From Curvularia clavata (Eukaryota), in contig CP089275.1 of NCBI GenBank assembly GCA_023920165.1, forward strand, positions 1,116,001 to 1,180,000: a DNA stretch of 64,000 nucleotides, given 5' to 3'. A program made the translations under genes and the position numbers. Below are positions 36,426-49,400 of the stretch, piece by piece. The notes under the pieces are model-generated. The model was not told where the DNA came from. It worked only from the letters and a program-made list of their open reading frames with translations, and made no database searches. Each line of letters starts with the position of its first letter. Position 1 is the stretch's first letter.

Positions 36426-38316
36426 ATGGACTTCACCGACACGAAGACGCAGTACGACTCAAAGGTTTCCGCGGATCTCGAGAAATGTGAGTGACGGAAA
36501 CGTCTACTGCCGCAAACGCTCAACTGACGGTAGGCGCAGTGCCATCTCAGCATCAAGGACAGATCCAACATGTGCGCCTTGAAGGTCTTGTGCTCCAGAA
36601 CGCGGATGCAAGGAACATGAGCGGCAAAGAGACAATCTCCGCAGGCTGGATCATATGCAACAGCTGGGCGGGCATTGCTGCCACCTTTGCCTTGGCCATT
36701 GCACAAGGCGGCCCAGTGACGTTGATCTATGGCCCCATCATCATGTGTGTTCTGGTTGGTGCGTGCGCTATCTCACTGGCGGAGCTGGCGAGCGTGTACC
36801 CTACTGTAAGTCTGAGTACACCATGGATGACCTGAGTACACTGACATGGTAGGCTGGCGGTCAATATCACTGGGTGTGCATTCTGGCTCCTGAGAGATGG
36901 AGTCGTGGGCTTGTATGTTGACTTGCACAGCATGACCTGAGTGACAAGAACACTGATGAACATTAGAGCTACTGCTGCGGAGCCACGAACGTGTTCTCCT
37001 GGATAGCGATCTGTGCAGGGATTGCCATCATCGTTCCCCAGTTGTGCCTCGGTATGGCGATCTTCTGGAACCCATCGTATGTTCCGCAGGCGTGGCACGC
37101 TTTCCTCGTATACCAAGCCATCAATGTGCTGGTTCTCATGTACAACATCTACCTACTTCGTCGCACTATGTGGATTCATGACCTCGCTTGTAAGTCAAGG
37201 ACCAAAATGTTACGGCTACCGTGGCGCTCTTACTAACGGAATGAATGTATAGTCTTCCTGTCGATCAGTAGTTTCTTTGTAATCGTTATCACTTGCCTCG
37301 CGCGGACTGCACCGCATTTTCAGCCCACCAAGTCTGTGTGGGCGACTTTCCTTAACGAGAGTGGCTGGTCCAACGGCGTCGCCTTTCTCACTGGTCTCGT
37401 TTCGCCAAACTATATGTATGCCGGTATTGATGGTGCGGTACATCTGGCAGAGGAGTGCAAGAACCCAGGAGTGGTCGTGCCTAGAGCGTTAATGAGCACG
37501 GTATCCATCGGCTTCGTCACATCCTTCATCTTCGCCATCATCATGATGTATTGCACCAGCGATCTAGAAGCTGTGGTCACGACGGCGACTGGGTATGTCT
37601 CCCCCTTCGGTGGCTATCCCCTTCCGTGCTGAGATTTCCGCTTAGTGTACCCATTTATGAAATCTGGCGTCAGGCAACTCGGTCAGATGTTGCTGCGACC
37701 GTTTTCCTGTTTCTTCTCCTGCTCGCAGCCTTCTTTGCTCTCAATGCAACCCACCAAACAGCGTCTCGGCTGACTTGGTCTTTTGCACGGGACGACGCTA
37801 TCTTCGGCAGCCGCTGGCTCGGTAAGATCAACGAGAAGCAGCAGATACCCATCGCTGCCTTAATCTTCAACTTCGCAATCATGTTCATCATTGGCTGCAT
37901 CTACTTGGGATCGACATCTGCTTTCAATGCCTTCATTGGCACTGGTTTGATCTTGCAGCACGTGACATACGCGTTCCCGGCAGTGTTGCTCATGATGCGC
38001 AAGCGCTCACCAAAGTGGCTGCCGAGTACACGCTCTTTCAAGGTGCCAGCGGTCTTGGGCTGGGCGGCGAACTTGATTACAGTGGGCTTCGCAATCCTGG
38101 TCTTGGTCTTCTACGACTTCCCAACAGTCATACCTGTAACGGGTACGAGCATGAGTAAGTGGCCCCCCAATACTGATCTGGTGTTGTTGTGACTGACTCC
38201 TCCCAGATTACGCGTCGGCAGTCATCGGCGTGATGGCTATCTTCACAGTCGCAAATTGGTTCGGACATGCGCGCAAGCACTTCCATGGCCCGCGCTTGCA
38301 AGTCCTGATGGAGTAG
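36426..38316 (+). CDS. Amino acid/choline/GABA (ACT family) permease, multi-exon
   Basis: ICNSWAG, GGPVTLIYG, SLAELASVYPT-AGGQYHW, GIDGAVHLAEEC, TASRLTWSFARD, YLGSTSAFNAF and C-terminal HFHGP. Confidence 0.9.
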
Positions 38317-38831
38317 ATAGACTTTTTCGTCTATGTAGTGTATGTGAGCGTTCAGTTTGATCGACTCTGGCTGTGACGTCACCACATTTTGTGTTTTTCC
38401 GTCCATGTGAATCGCTCCGTGATACATGCTTGAACCAGAGAGTTTGTCGCTGTAATTGAGATTGTCAGCATGCCGTCTTGTGTTGCATATCTACGCTATG
38501 TTGCGAGAACTTCGTCCGTTAACTTGCTAGGAAAGGACGAGACGCCAAGCAATCGTTCTTTCCGAATTCGGCCCGAACGCAAGCAGCACACCAACCGCGT
38601 TGCTTCCACTCCGCGATAGAGCACAATCGTACAGTACGCATTGCAATACTCCTCTGCAGATCTTGTCGCAACTTCATGGATACCAAGATCGAGATTCTAC
38701 TTGACTATTGTAACAGTTGAGGTAGCCCGGGCCTGCGTCGTTGTGAACGCCAGTTGCATGCAACTTGGTCCCCTTGATCGTGGTCCTCCAAGTTTCACCA
38801 GGCTCGTCAGATTCGGAGCAGGAGCATCAGC

Positions 38832-40383
38832 ATGCCTCCAGATGGTAATGTGAAGAAAGAGCGGGGCTGCTTCCAATGCTCGTGCCGCAGGATCGTCTGT
38901 GACAAGACCGAACCATCATGTCGCAAATGCGCGAAGAAGGGCATCGAATGCTCTGGGATGGGCAGGATTCGATTCGCTGAAGGAGTAGCCAGAAGAGGAC
39001 GTCTCAAGGATTGCAAAATCCCGAAGACTGGAGGCGATGATAGCTGCAAGGAGTTACCGAACACTATCGAGTTTCAATCATTGCGCTGGCCGGGGGAGGA
39101 ACGCGCTAGGAAGAAGAGGAAGAGTGATCTGAACGAGACTGCGCAAGGACCACCGACACCTCACACAATCAATTCAACAGGCATGCATGATGGTAGGAAA
39201 GCATTCCTGTTGTCGGCCCCTATAAACACGAATGCAGATTCCGAGGCTGATGTGGAAGACATCGGTCGAGGCTACAATTCGATTGTGGTTCGTTACTCCC
39301 AATCATACGAAATTGTGCCCTGGGTTGCGCCAATTGACCCAAAGTTGCGGATGCTCTTCTCATACTGTAAGTTGCAATCTAGAGTCGGCCATAGTTTGAC
39401 CATTTACTCACGATCTTACAGTCTCTCATGTCGTTGCCCCAGCTATGGTGGTGTTCGACGACGACAAAAATGGTTACAGATCATTAGTCCTACCAATGGC
39501 GCTCGAAGACGATCTGCTGCGCCAGGCAGTGGGTGTTGTGGCTGCACAACATCTTAGTCATCAGCGGCCCGAACTTCAAGGAGCAGCTGAGGCTGGACGC
39601 GCTGCTGTCATTTCACGCTTACGCAACGATTCCTTGCAGCAGTCTGCCGACAAGGTGTTTAACAAGTTCACCTGGGCAACTTTGGTTGTGCTTCTTGTGG
39701 GCGAGACAGTGACTGGAAGTGCTGACTATCGCTTCTTCGTTCAGATGTTGCTCAGCTTGTCCATGAGTAACCCAGGCAGAGATGCTGATCCCATCATCTC
39801 AAATTTCTTACAAGCACAAACCCATATGTAGGTAATGTTGGAGGGTACTTGCACAGCGATACTAACGAGCATCAGGTTCGAGCTGCTCGGCGTGCCACTG
39901 CTCGGCGAAGAGGTCGGCGTGCTCACCATGATGAAAGCCTCAGAGTCTCTGATGAGCTTCTTGTCCTATTCTCATCTCCCCGAAGACAGCGAAGACCGGC
40001 GCATTGCAGACCTGATACTACAGTGCTTCGTCTCCGCATGCAATATATATACCAGATGTGCAGCCGATGCCCATGCAGTCTCAAGATTTCACGACACTAT
40101 CCAGGAAGAGTCTATCCACCAACTTATTGGCATCATATCGCAAGTCTCATCAAATGATCGTGGCGCACATGCACTGGTCTGGGTGTGCTTTGTTGCTGGA
40201 GCAGCTTCGACAGATCAGAGCCAAAGAGACTTCTTCGTACATCGCATGGAACAGGTGTATGCACGTACGCGATTTCGCAATATTCCTACAGCGATACAGA
40301 GCTTGAAAAACATATGGGCTCGGAGACCTGGCGAACGGTGGACCGTATGTCTGCCCCAATTGTCAAACGTGCTTGTTATGTAA
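38832..40383 (+). CDS. Zn2Cys6 transcription factor with a Fungal_trans_2-like domain, 3 exons
   Basis: GCFQCSCRRIVCDKTEPSCRKCAKKGIEC; NGYRSLVLPMA; LVWVCFVAGA. Introns near 39367-39420 and 39828-39876. Confidence 0.88.
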
Positions 40384-40563
40384 AAAAAAAAAAGGCAAAG
40401 ATCGAAGATTTGTATTAGAATCTTGTATCACAGCCAACTGGTCATCAGGCAGCACGCTTGGTGCGTAGCGATCGATCTAGGTCAAGTGTGGACTCGAGTA
40501 GGCGAGGACACACTCTGCGTTCATTGAAACGTATCGTGGCTCAAACACCGCACACACACTAGC

Positions 40564-40690
40564 TGTTACAAGTAACAAGAAGGATTCTCTCCTTAACGAG
40601 GGATGTGAAGGCTAAGAGCCTATGGACGTCCACATTAGAAGGTGTAAGCCTAGAAGTACCATGTATAGTTACGTGGTTGGCCACTGACTA
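40564..40690. mobile_element. 5' fragment of an LTR of the 22207/25734 family
   Basis: TGTTACAAGTAACAAGAAGGATTCTCTCCTT matches the start of 22207-22694. Confidence 0.75.
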
Positions 40691-41652
40691 ACAAAGCTGT
40701 ATTTAAACTTGCTCTTATCATGATATATAGTTAACACGATACATAATACTTTGTACACCCTTCATATCTTATAGTTATGAGACTGGCCTAATGCACATAT
40801 TTTTTTAATTGATTAACTACCTACCTGTATACTGTCAGGCACTGCCGGGCATGCATCAGCTGTATGCAGTCCTGCAGTGCCACCTGCAGTATAGGGCGAA
40901 ATTTCGCGTTATAGCAGAAAGGATGTATGCTATGCGCGTGATACATCTGCTTATCTGATACCTTGTCAAGCTCGACAAAGCGGTCAGAGCGCACGAGACA
41001 GCGCCACAAGGCCTCCAAGAGCATGCTATGGGGCGAGTCGAGCACGGTGTAAGTTGACGCTGCGCCAGTCTATCTGTGCCATGACAGCGGCCGCTAAGTC
41101 ATCGTTGCCCTTGCTGAGATGCGCTCACTGGTAGATTGTAGCTTTTTCGTATTTTTGGCGCATCAAAGGTCTTTAAGAGAAGTCAAGTAGTCTAGGTAGA
41201 TGTTAAGATGAAGAGACTTTATTCCAAGCGTAGTTATGGATGTTTCCTAGATGACACCGGCTTTATTATGGCTGGGAGTACATACTGTCCTTCACCGCGC
41301 ATTGCTTTTCGCTATATATAGAGGAATAGTGGTCAATGACTGTTACTTTCCAGCTATAGAATTTTCTTAGTCCGCAATCATCTGGAGTCTCCCATTTATT
41401 TGATGGGGTGTGCCTTATCGTTAAGCGGGTCCAACTTTTATTGGTGGCGTACAGCCATCAGAACGTATGAGTCTGGAAGGACCAGTAAACTGCAGCAGTG
41501 GCTGAGCATGTATAAGTTCTGGCCTAGGTAAAGTCTCAGCTTTACAGAGCTGTACGACCTATTTGTAGGCTACAGATTTTGAGCTCCTTATTTATGATGC
41601 TGGCCTCTCTTGCAAGCCCTGCCATCTGTGCAGTACCTTTCGAGCTTCAGCC

Positions 41653-43300
41653 ATGTTCACTTTTAACTACAATGTTACTTGGCCATACCCCTTTCGATTC
41701 TTCACCGCCATAATCATCGTTTTGCTTTTGCTTGCAACAATATTTCTATCATTTGTTAACACCATTGTCACAGGCTACGATCTGTGGATAACATATTCCA
41801 CTAATCCAAACGCGACCATAGCAAAGAAGATGTGTTACGACAAACCAGTTTTTAAGGGCATACACAAATTGTCGCCCAGCTGCGAGCCCAAGGAAATCGG
41901 GGTACAACCAAAGTTCAATACTAGAAAGAACGGCTTCATATACTCCATAGATAACATCACGACTACGGATTAGGATGGCCTCCTCGTCCCTTCGCCATCT
42001 ATGAGCTATTTGAACAATACTCTCGAAAATTGTACGATCAATTACATCAAGATCAATTACATCAAGATCAAAATGGCCAAGGAGATGGGACGAACCGCAC
42101 AGCAAGTAGCTTGGTCCCGATGGGGACCGCCACTACTGGCAGCAATATCCTGCTTCATCACGAACGAGCAGGGACATACGCAATTCAATTTCACTACTGA
42201 TTACGATCTCATTCTTCCAAACGCGAACAAGCGGTATGAACTAACGGGTGGAGGCCATGACCAATGGGGATTTGCCGCACAACAAAAGCTGGATCAATTC
42301 GTTATTAGCAACAACACCAAAGACCCCGCCATGTGGTGGGCCGAGTCACTGACGTCCTACGGATGGCTCGATGCGTCCTCTAAGATAGAAGCAGCGAAAA
42401 GCGCGATAAAAGAAGACGGTAGATGGCAAAGCGGAAGCATAGGTCTGTACCCTTTGCTGCCCCGACGAAATCTCTTTGCCAGTCTAACCCATACACCTCA
42501 GACTTCCGCCCCAATCCAGACAAATCCTCGATTCTCTCTCCCGATTTCTTCAACATCACATGCTACACCCTGCAAGCTAACGGTGTCATATTCTGGAGCG
42601 GCACAGAAGTCCGCTTGGACCACTCTCCCTCCTATCCTCTTTACGCAATGCTCAATGCATGTGACTTGCTCACGAAATCGTTCTACAGCGCCGTAGCCAC
42701 CGATATAGGTCGCACCCATGGTCCCAATATTCTTACTGATAGATCCGTGCTGCAGACAGTAACAAGCAATTATAGAGAGATTGCGAAAACGTTTCGGCGC
42801 GTAGCCGCGGGCCCAGCCACAGATAGCTGCGATGCGCTCAAGTCGACAATCGGACAGCCGGAGGTTACGCCCTCGACGATTTTCACATTATATCTTTGTC
42901 AGATGCTAGAGAAAAAGTTGGTTTCGGCGTTGGCTGTGTCGGTGCTGCTTGCCAATTTAGTGTTGCTTAGAGCGCAGTGTAGTATAGTGACGATGGCCGC
43001 TACGTATGTGGTGAATCTAAGGGATCCGAAAGGTGAGTTTGTTGGAAGCTGCTCAGGTCATCTGTTGAAACTAACTCTTGCTTCACAGCTAATCATTGTA
43101 TCGGGTGTGGTGAGTATGATACCACCAGCTTGCTAGGGAGAAGTAGTGTCACAGCCAAGACGGCAGTAGCGTCGCATCAATTGCTAGATGATCAAGATCA
43201 TGAACGGTAGCCAGGGAAATGCGGCATGCTTTGACTACGATACAGGAACAGGCGTGAGAAACCTATGGGCGACCCGCAATCAGATGGTCGAGTATCAATC
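41653..43300 (+). pseudogene. Pseudogene of an uncharacterised fungal membrane protein (N- and C-terminal TM segments)
   Basis: FNYNVTWPYPFRFF plus a TM helix; in-frame TAG at 41971; 15-nt duplication ATCAATTACATCAAG; frameshift near 42450-42490; YLCQ plus a hydrophobic C-terminal helix. Confidence 0.7.
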
Positions 43301-43602
43301 GCTAGTAGCGAATTGCGTGAAGAAGGTGCCTATCTACTTGAAAAGAAGTCCTGGTGTGCTGACAGCCCAGTAATATGGTACTATACTGCAGTATTTACAG
43401 TACTGCCCAAGAATGCTAATGAACGAATGTAGCAGTCGAGCAGAATAAAGCATAGCTAGTGTAGATAGGCCCCACAAAAAAGCTAGCGCAGCACTGCGTC
43501 TGAGATTTTCGTTAGTACTAGTCCAACCGGGCCCGACCAGCCCCTCAGCTCCACCAACCCACTACGACGAAAAAACTTCACCAAAAATCATAAAAAAGAG
43601 AA

Positions 43603-43684
43603 CTCTCCAGCGGGGAATTGAACCCCGGTCTCCCGCGATTTGTCATATGACAAGCGGAAATACTGACCACTATACTACTGAAGA
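43603..43684 (-). tRNA. tRNA-Asp(GTC) with a 10-nt intron, apparently intact
   Basis: TCTTCAG TA GTATAGTGGTCAGTAT T TCCGC TTGTCA[TATGACAAAT]C GCGGG AGAC CGGGG TTCAATT CCCCG CTGGAGA G. All stems pair and a T6 terminator follows. Confidence 0.93.
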
Positions 43685-44253
43685 ATGTTATGCTGTTTGA
43701 TGAACGGAGGTACAATTTTAAAATACATATCCCATGGTAATTATATCGTAAGTTACATGCAGTCGCGCGCTCATCAAGACCAAACACAAGTCTATGCGGC
43801 AAAAGTCACACTCAAAGGCGGTAGTGGGCGCATGTAATCTGCCAGTCAGCTTTGAACCAATCACCTCTTGCCTCTCCCGCGTCGAAAGGCTATACGCCGG
43901 CAAACTCTTTTGCCGTCCTTCGTCGCACACCGATTCCTTAACACAAACAACGTCCGCCGTAACTCCGACTGCTAGGGTTGAGGCACAACTAGACGGCAAG
44001 ACTCCCGCTATCCTTCGTTGATTTGCACACATATATAGCTCGTTTAATTCATTGGTCTGGCGCTCCTACCATGCATTGAGGATAATATTGTAAGAGTACC
44101 ATGTTCTGCTAATTTAAGCCTAAGGTCACCCGGGATTACCGTTTTGGTGATCCACCATCGGCCCCGAGCGGCACTAAATTCCGTGCCACAGGGTACAAAG
44201 AATGCTGCCTAGCCTGTACACTTGACATCTCACGAGAAAGAAGTATAGCAATA

Positions 44254-45062
44254 ATGGCCACCAAAACCGAACCAGAAATCATCTTGTACGATTTGGGTTC
44301 CACCAAGAACGTTTGTTTCTCACCTGTCGTCTGGCGGATCCGTATGATGCTCAACTACAAGAAACTCCCTTATACAACAATCTTTCTAGAGTTTCCAGAC
44401 ATTGAGCCTACGCTAAAAGAGCTGTGAGTTCCCCGCCCCCATCCCTTTGTAGAGTTCTGGGCATGTGCTACTAGATAATAATAGCTGACCTCACTAGCGG
44501 CATAGTTCCCGGCCCCTCTGCCGCCGGACGATACACCGTTCCAGCCATCCATCATGTGCCTACCAACACGTACCTGATGGACTCTGTTCCCATTGCCAAT
44601 TTCCTTGAGACTACCTACCCAGAGCTCCCAGTGCCGCTTACCTCCGAGCTTGGCTGCGAAATTGAAGCCAAAGCGCGATCTGTTGTTGGTACCACGTTTC
44701 GTGCATCCGTCATGCCCCGCGAGATGTACATCCTGTCCCCCCGTGCGCAGGAATACTTCCGCCGCTCGCGCGAGGCCATGCTTGGGCATCCTCTCGAGGA
44801 CCTATTAGACCCGGAGAAAGAAGACCAGGCATGGAAGGCAGCTGATAGCGACACTCGCGCACTGGGTGAGCTGATGCTGACAAATAAAGCGGACGGCCCG
44901 TTTGTACTGGGTGCGAAGCCAAGCCTTACTGACTTCTTCGTTGCGGGGAATCTTCAGACGGCCAGGATAGTGGGTGAAGATGTGTTCCAGCGATTCATGG
45001 AGTATCCGGGCTATGGTGAGATTTACGAAGCTTGCCTTCCATTTATGCGGAAGAGGGATTGA
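44254..45062 (+). CDS. Fungal GST, etherase-like (GSTFuA/LigE-related), 2 exons
   Basis: IILYDL...CFSPVVWRIRMMLNYKKLPY...EFPDIEPTL; intron about 44424-44497; YTVPAI, MDSVPIANFLE, GPFVLGAKPSLTDF. Confidence 0.85.
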
Positions 45063-46438
45063 GACATGTCTGACGAGATTGGGAGTCTTCAGATCGTATG
45101 AATGTTCGTAGACGAAGACCAAAACAACATGATATAACGCATATGCCAGCATTGTCCTGGCGAATTGTTCAGCTCGCGAAATGCGCTATAGCTCCAAAAT
45201 GAAATGCCCACGTATGCTTCTCAGTTGTGGATACTATGATCCATCGTGTTCTTCTGTACTAGCAGATATTTTATTCTTCTGAGTGGCTACTTATTGTATG
45301 GTCTACTTGATCGCTTTTGTTTGCAAACCTCTCATTTAGATCAATAACTACGCGATTGCGATCTGTATTCCAGAACCGGTCACTAAAATAGGAAATTTAC
45401 CGTGGATTGGCAGGCTGTATTCCTAAAACTGGTTCACGTAGAGATGACAACCATCACAGTATTCACTATACTACTGAAGATGGTGTTCTGTGCTATTGAT
45501 GGTAAACGCTGTTTTTACAAACATTATATTATTATTACGACCATAACGACTGGTCTTGCAGAACGTGATATCTTCGGGCTCCACATGGACCCACTATCTC
45601 AAGAATCTTCTTGTCATGGCGCTAACTGGGATGGTTAGCGGGCTGTGTTCTGATTGGCTGCGTACAGAATCCACGTGCGTGCTCGCTATCACTGCCCTGT
45701 TCTAGGTCGCTCTTTGAGCTACGTCCTGCCGAACTACCCTGCGCTACTTGTAATGGAGTCTGTCCGATTAGCATCTAGCAATAATCGTGCATGTCACTTC
45801 TGTCAGTGAGCCCGTGCTGTGACATCCGGAGACATCCAAATCGCTACACATACGATGCGTGCAAGCTGGAAGGCAGTAAATATAGGTTCTGTAATGTTAT
45901 AGCGATTTTGTGAAGATAGACACTGTATTTATTGAACTTCAAAGCTTGATCCTCGCGCGATGCTGCACCTTTGAGAGAACTTAACAAGTATATTTGCATT
46001 CTAAGCGTGGTTGCACCATCTACGTGTGGAATCCAAACACCTTTTCTCCATAGTAGCACTAGTTATCGTTCAAATCTTTGATGAGTATTAACGGCTCTTC
46101 ATTTTGCGTAAGAGATAGTTAGATAGTACCGTTGGATACCACTGTCTTATCATTCTATGCGTCCTGCCTGCTCGAGTGGTTCGTATATGTCTTTACGGTC
46201 CTAGCATTGAATACCTTCTTATAAAGCGTGTTGTAAGCAGTCTAGACGATTACAGATTTATCAAGTCCTATAGTGGCCATACATCTGTGCTTGAATATGC
46301 AACCGTTAAACATTAGATGATTCAGCTTCTCGTGTGCGATTGTATGAGATTTAGACACCAACATCATATAACTCTACTAAAGGAGGATCTTTTGAAGAAA
46401 GTTGGAATCTATGTGAAAGGCGGTTGGGAGAGCGGCCC

Positions 46439-49400
46439 TTACCCTGCGTGAACAACGCCTTGATGCGCGAATGTCTGTAGCAACAGCTCGAACACTGCTG
46501 TATGTTCGTTTTGTGCCGCCAACAACAGCGGTGTCCATCCGTCCTTATCCTTAGCATCAGGGTCGACCTTGCCTGTATCTAGTAGCTGCTTAACTATTAC
46601 CTCTTGTCCATTTTGTGCCGCTAATAACAGCGGTGTCCATCCGTCTTTATCCTTAGCATCAGGGTCGACCATGCCTGTATCTAGTAGCTGCTTAACTATT
46701 GTCTCGTGTCTATTACGTACTGCCCACAATAGCGGTGTCCATCCGTCCTTATCCTTAGCATTAGGGTCGACCTTGCTTGTGTCTAGTAGCTGCTTGACTA
46801 TAGCTTCACGTCTGATGCGTGCTGCTAACAATAGCGGTGTCCATCCATACTTATCCTTAGCATTAGGGTCGACCTTGCTTGTGTTTAGTAGCTGCTCAAC
46901 TATTGTCTCGTGTCCGTTGCATACTGCCCACAATAGTGGTGTCCATCCGTCCTTATCCTTAGCATTAGGGTCGACCATGCTTGTGTCCAGTAGCTGCTTG
47001 ACCATTGCCTCGTGTCTATTGCGTACTGCCCACAATAGCGGTGTCCATCCGTCCTTATCCTTAGTATCAGGGTCGACCTTGCTTGTGTCCAGTAGCTGCT
47101 TAACCATTGTCTCGTGTCCGTTGCGTACTGCCCACAATAGCGGTGTCCATCCGTCCTTATCCTTAGCATTAGGGTCGACCATGCTTGTGTCCAGTAGCTG
47201 CTTGACCATTGCCTCGTGTCTATTGCGTACTGCCCACAATAGTGGTGTCCATCCGTCCTTATCCTTAGTATCAGGGTCGACCTTGCTTGTGTCCAGTAGA
47301 TGCTTAACCATTGTCTCGTGTCCGTTGCGTACTGCCCACAATAGCGGTGTCCATCCGTCCTTATCCTTAGCATCAGGGTCGACCATGCTTGTGTCCAGTA
47401 GCTGCTTGACCATTGCCTCGTGTCCGCCTTCTGCTGCATATAATAGAGGCGTGCATCCGTCCTTATCCTTAGCATCAGGGTCGACCTTGTCTGTATGCAG
47501 TAGCTGTTTGATAACAGCTTCATATCCGTTCCGTGCCCCCCACAACATTGGCGTTAATCCATGATGATCTTTAGTATCAGGGTCGACCTTGCCTGTGTCT
47601 AGTAGCTGCTTAACTATTACCTCGTATCCACGTTGTGCCGCCAATAACAGTGGTGTCCATCCGTCTTTATCCTTAGCATCAGGGTCGACCTTGCCTGTGT
47701 CTAGTAGCTGTTTGACAACAGCCTCATGTCCGTTCCGTGCCGCCCAAAACAGTGGTCTAGTTCCATAGTCGTCCTGCATGTCAGGATCTACAAGCTCACA
47801 TTGTAGGATGATTCCAGTGGCAATAGCCTCTCCGTTGCAGACAGACTGTATGAAGTAGCGTTCCAAGAATGGATTGGGAGTTGAGAATCTTCCTTCTCGG
47901 AGTAGAAGCTCTATGATCCCTAATTCATGATTCTGGATTGCTATACTCAAAGCTGTATGACCATCATCGTCTTCGATACCCACTGATGATGGCGCTTTCG
48001 AGAGCAACATCCTGACAACATCTACATGACCGTATTCTGTTGCAATCAACATAGGACATTTGCCTTGATCATTCCGTAAGGCTGCCGGCGCACCATGTTC
48101 CAAAAGCATCTCGACTACGTTAGTAAGACCTCTCCTAGATGCTACTGCCAATGCATCAGTATCAAAGCCGCCTTCAACTTGATCTTCTTCAACATCATCG
48201 TAGTCGTCTAGGTCGGGAACAGCGTTTAACTCTAACGATCTAGCTGTGTTAGCCCCGGCGCTAAGTAGCTGAAAGACAATGCTTTCTAAAACAGGATCGT
48301 GTGCGGCCACCAGGTCTTTAAGTGCGAAGAATACGGCGCCATCAAGCTTCAGTTTTCTTTCAATCAGTATCGAGAGGAGTTTTGTGTTCCTGGTGCTGAC
48401 AGCATGAGCCACTAATGCAGTCTTTCTCCCTAGGTATTTGAGGTTGGCACCTGCCTCGATGAGTTTGACAACGACCTCACGCATATTTTGCTCTAGAGCA
48501 AAATCGAGGGCTGTTTCATCGGCCTTGTTCTGCGCGTTGATGATTGTAGCACATGCCACTGAAAGGAGCGTGACCCCGCACTCTTCGTCGAGATCACGCT
48601 GTTCACGATGGCCTTCGCAGTCGGCTATTCGATCTAAAAGCACTAAAGCGATATCATGGTGGCCTTCTCTGATAGCAAGCATCAATGGTGTATTTCCGTC
48701 AATGTCCCTGCTCTTGATCTCTCCGCAACCTGACTTCAGCAGTGAATTGACCGCACTCAGAAATCCAAAGGCCACCAAGACATGCAAAGCCGTCGCCCCA
48801 ATGAATGGCCACCCCAGAGGCATGTGTGCGCTGTTTGGGTCGAGATTTCTCCATAGAGTGGCAAGCTTGCGCATGCTTTCAGAATTTGGCGTCCATTGCA
48901 TTACAGAAAGCAGATCAGATTGGGGGATTCCGTCTTGTTCAGCTTTCTTAATGTGTGCAAACAGAAACCGTACAGCGTATGGTGCTAGTGGGTACTTGGA
49001 CGAAATTGTGCCTCTTGGAAGAGTAGCATCCTCTAGTATATCTTCCAAAATCATGTATCGGAGACAAGACCTTGATATCTGTACTTGACTGGACCTTTCC
49101 AGAGATTGTGCTGCAGGTAAATGATTGCCGAAGAGAGTGGTGAATTCTTCCATCAGAAAATCGGCCACTGACTGGTGGATAAGTTGAGCTTCGCGGTCTG
49201 AGTCTGGTCCATCGAGCTCATATTGCTCCCATATTTCGCGGCTCTGAAAACAGATTAGACCTCTAGAGATGTGCTTGACGTATCTCTCGAAGTCGACCAG
49301 TGTGTCAGACCAACCTTCATAAGCTCGAAGGGCGTGAAAAGTCTTGTAACTCATGTCTTTGTCGGCAGCAAGCGCATCTCGAAGCTCTTGGGCAGACAAG

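Noticed and set aside
45700..46330. Possible decayed coding sequence downstream of the NLR
   Set aside because: Fragmentary, with no identifiable motif.
46569..47564. 331-aa plus-strand and 207-aa alternate-frame repetitive ORFs
   Set aside because: Shadows of the ankyrin tandem array.
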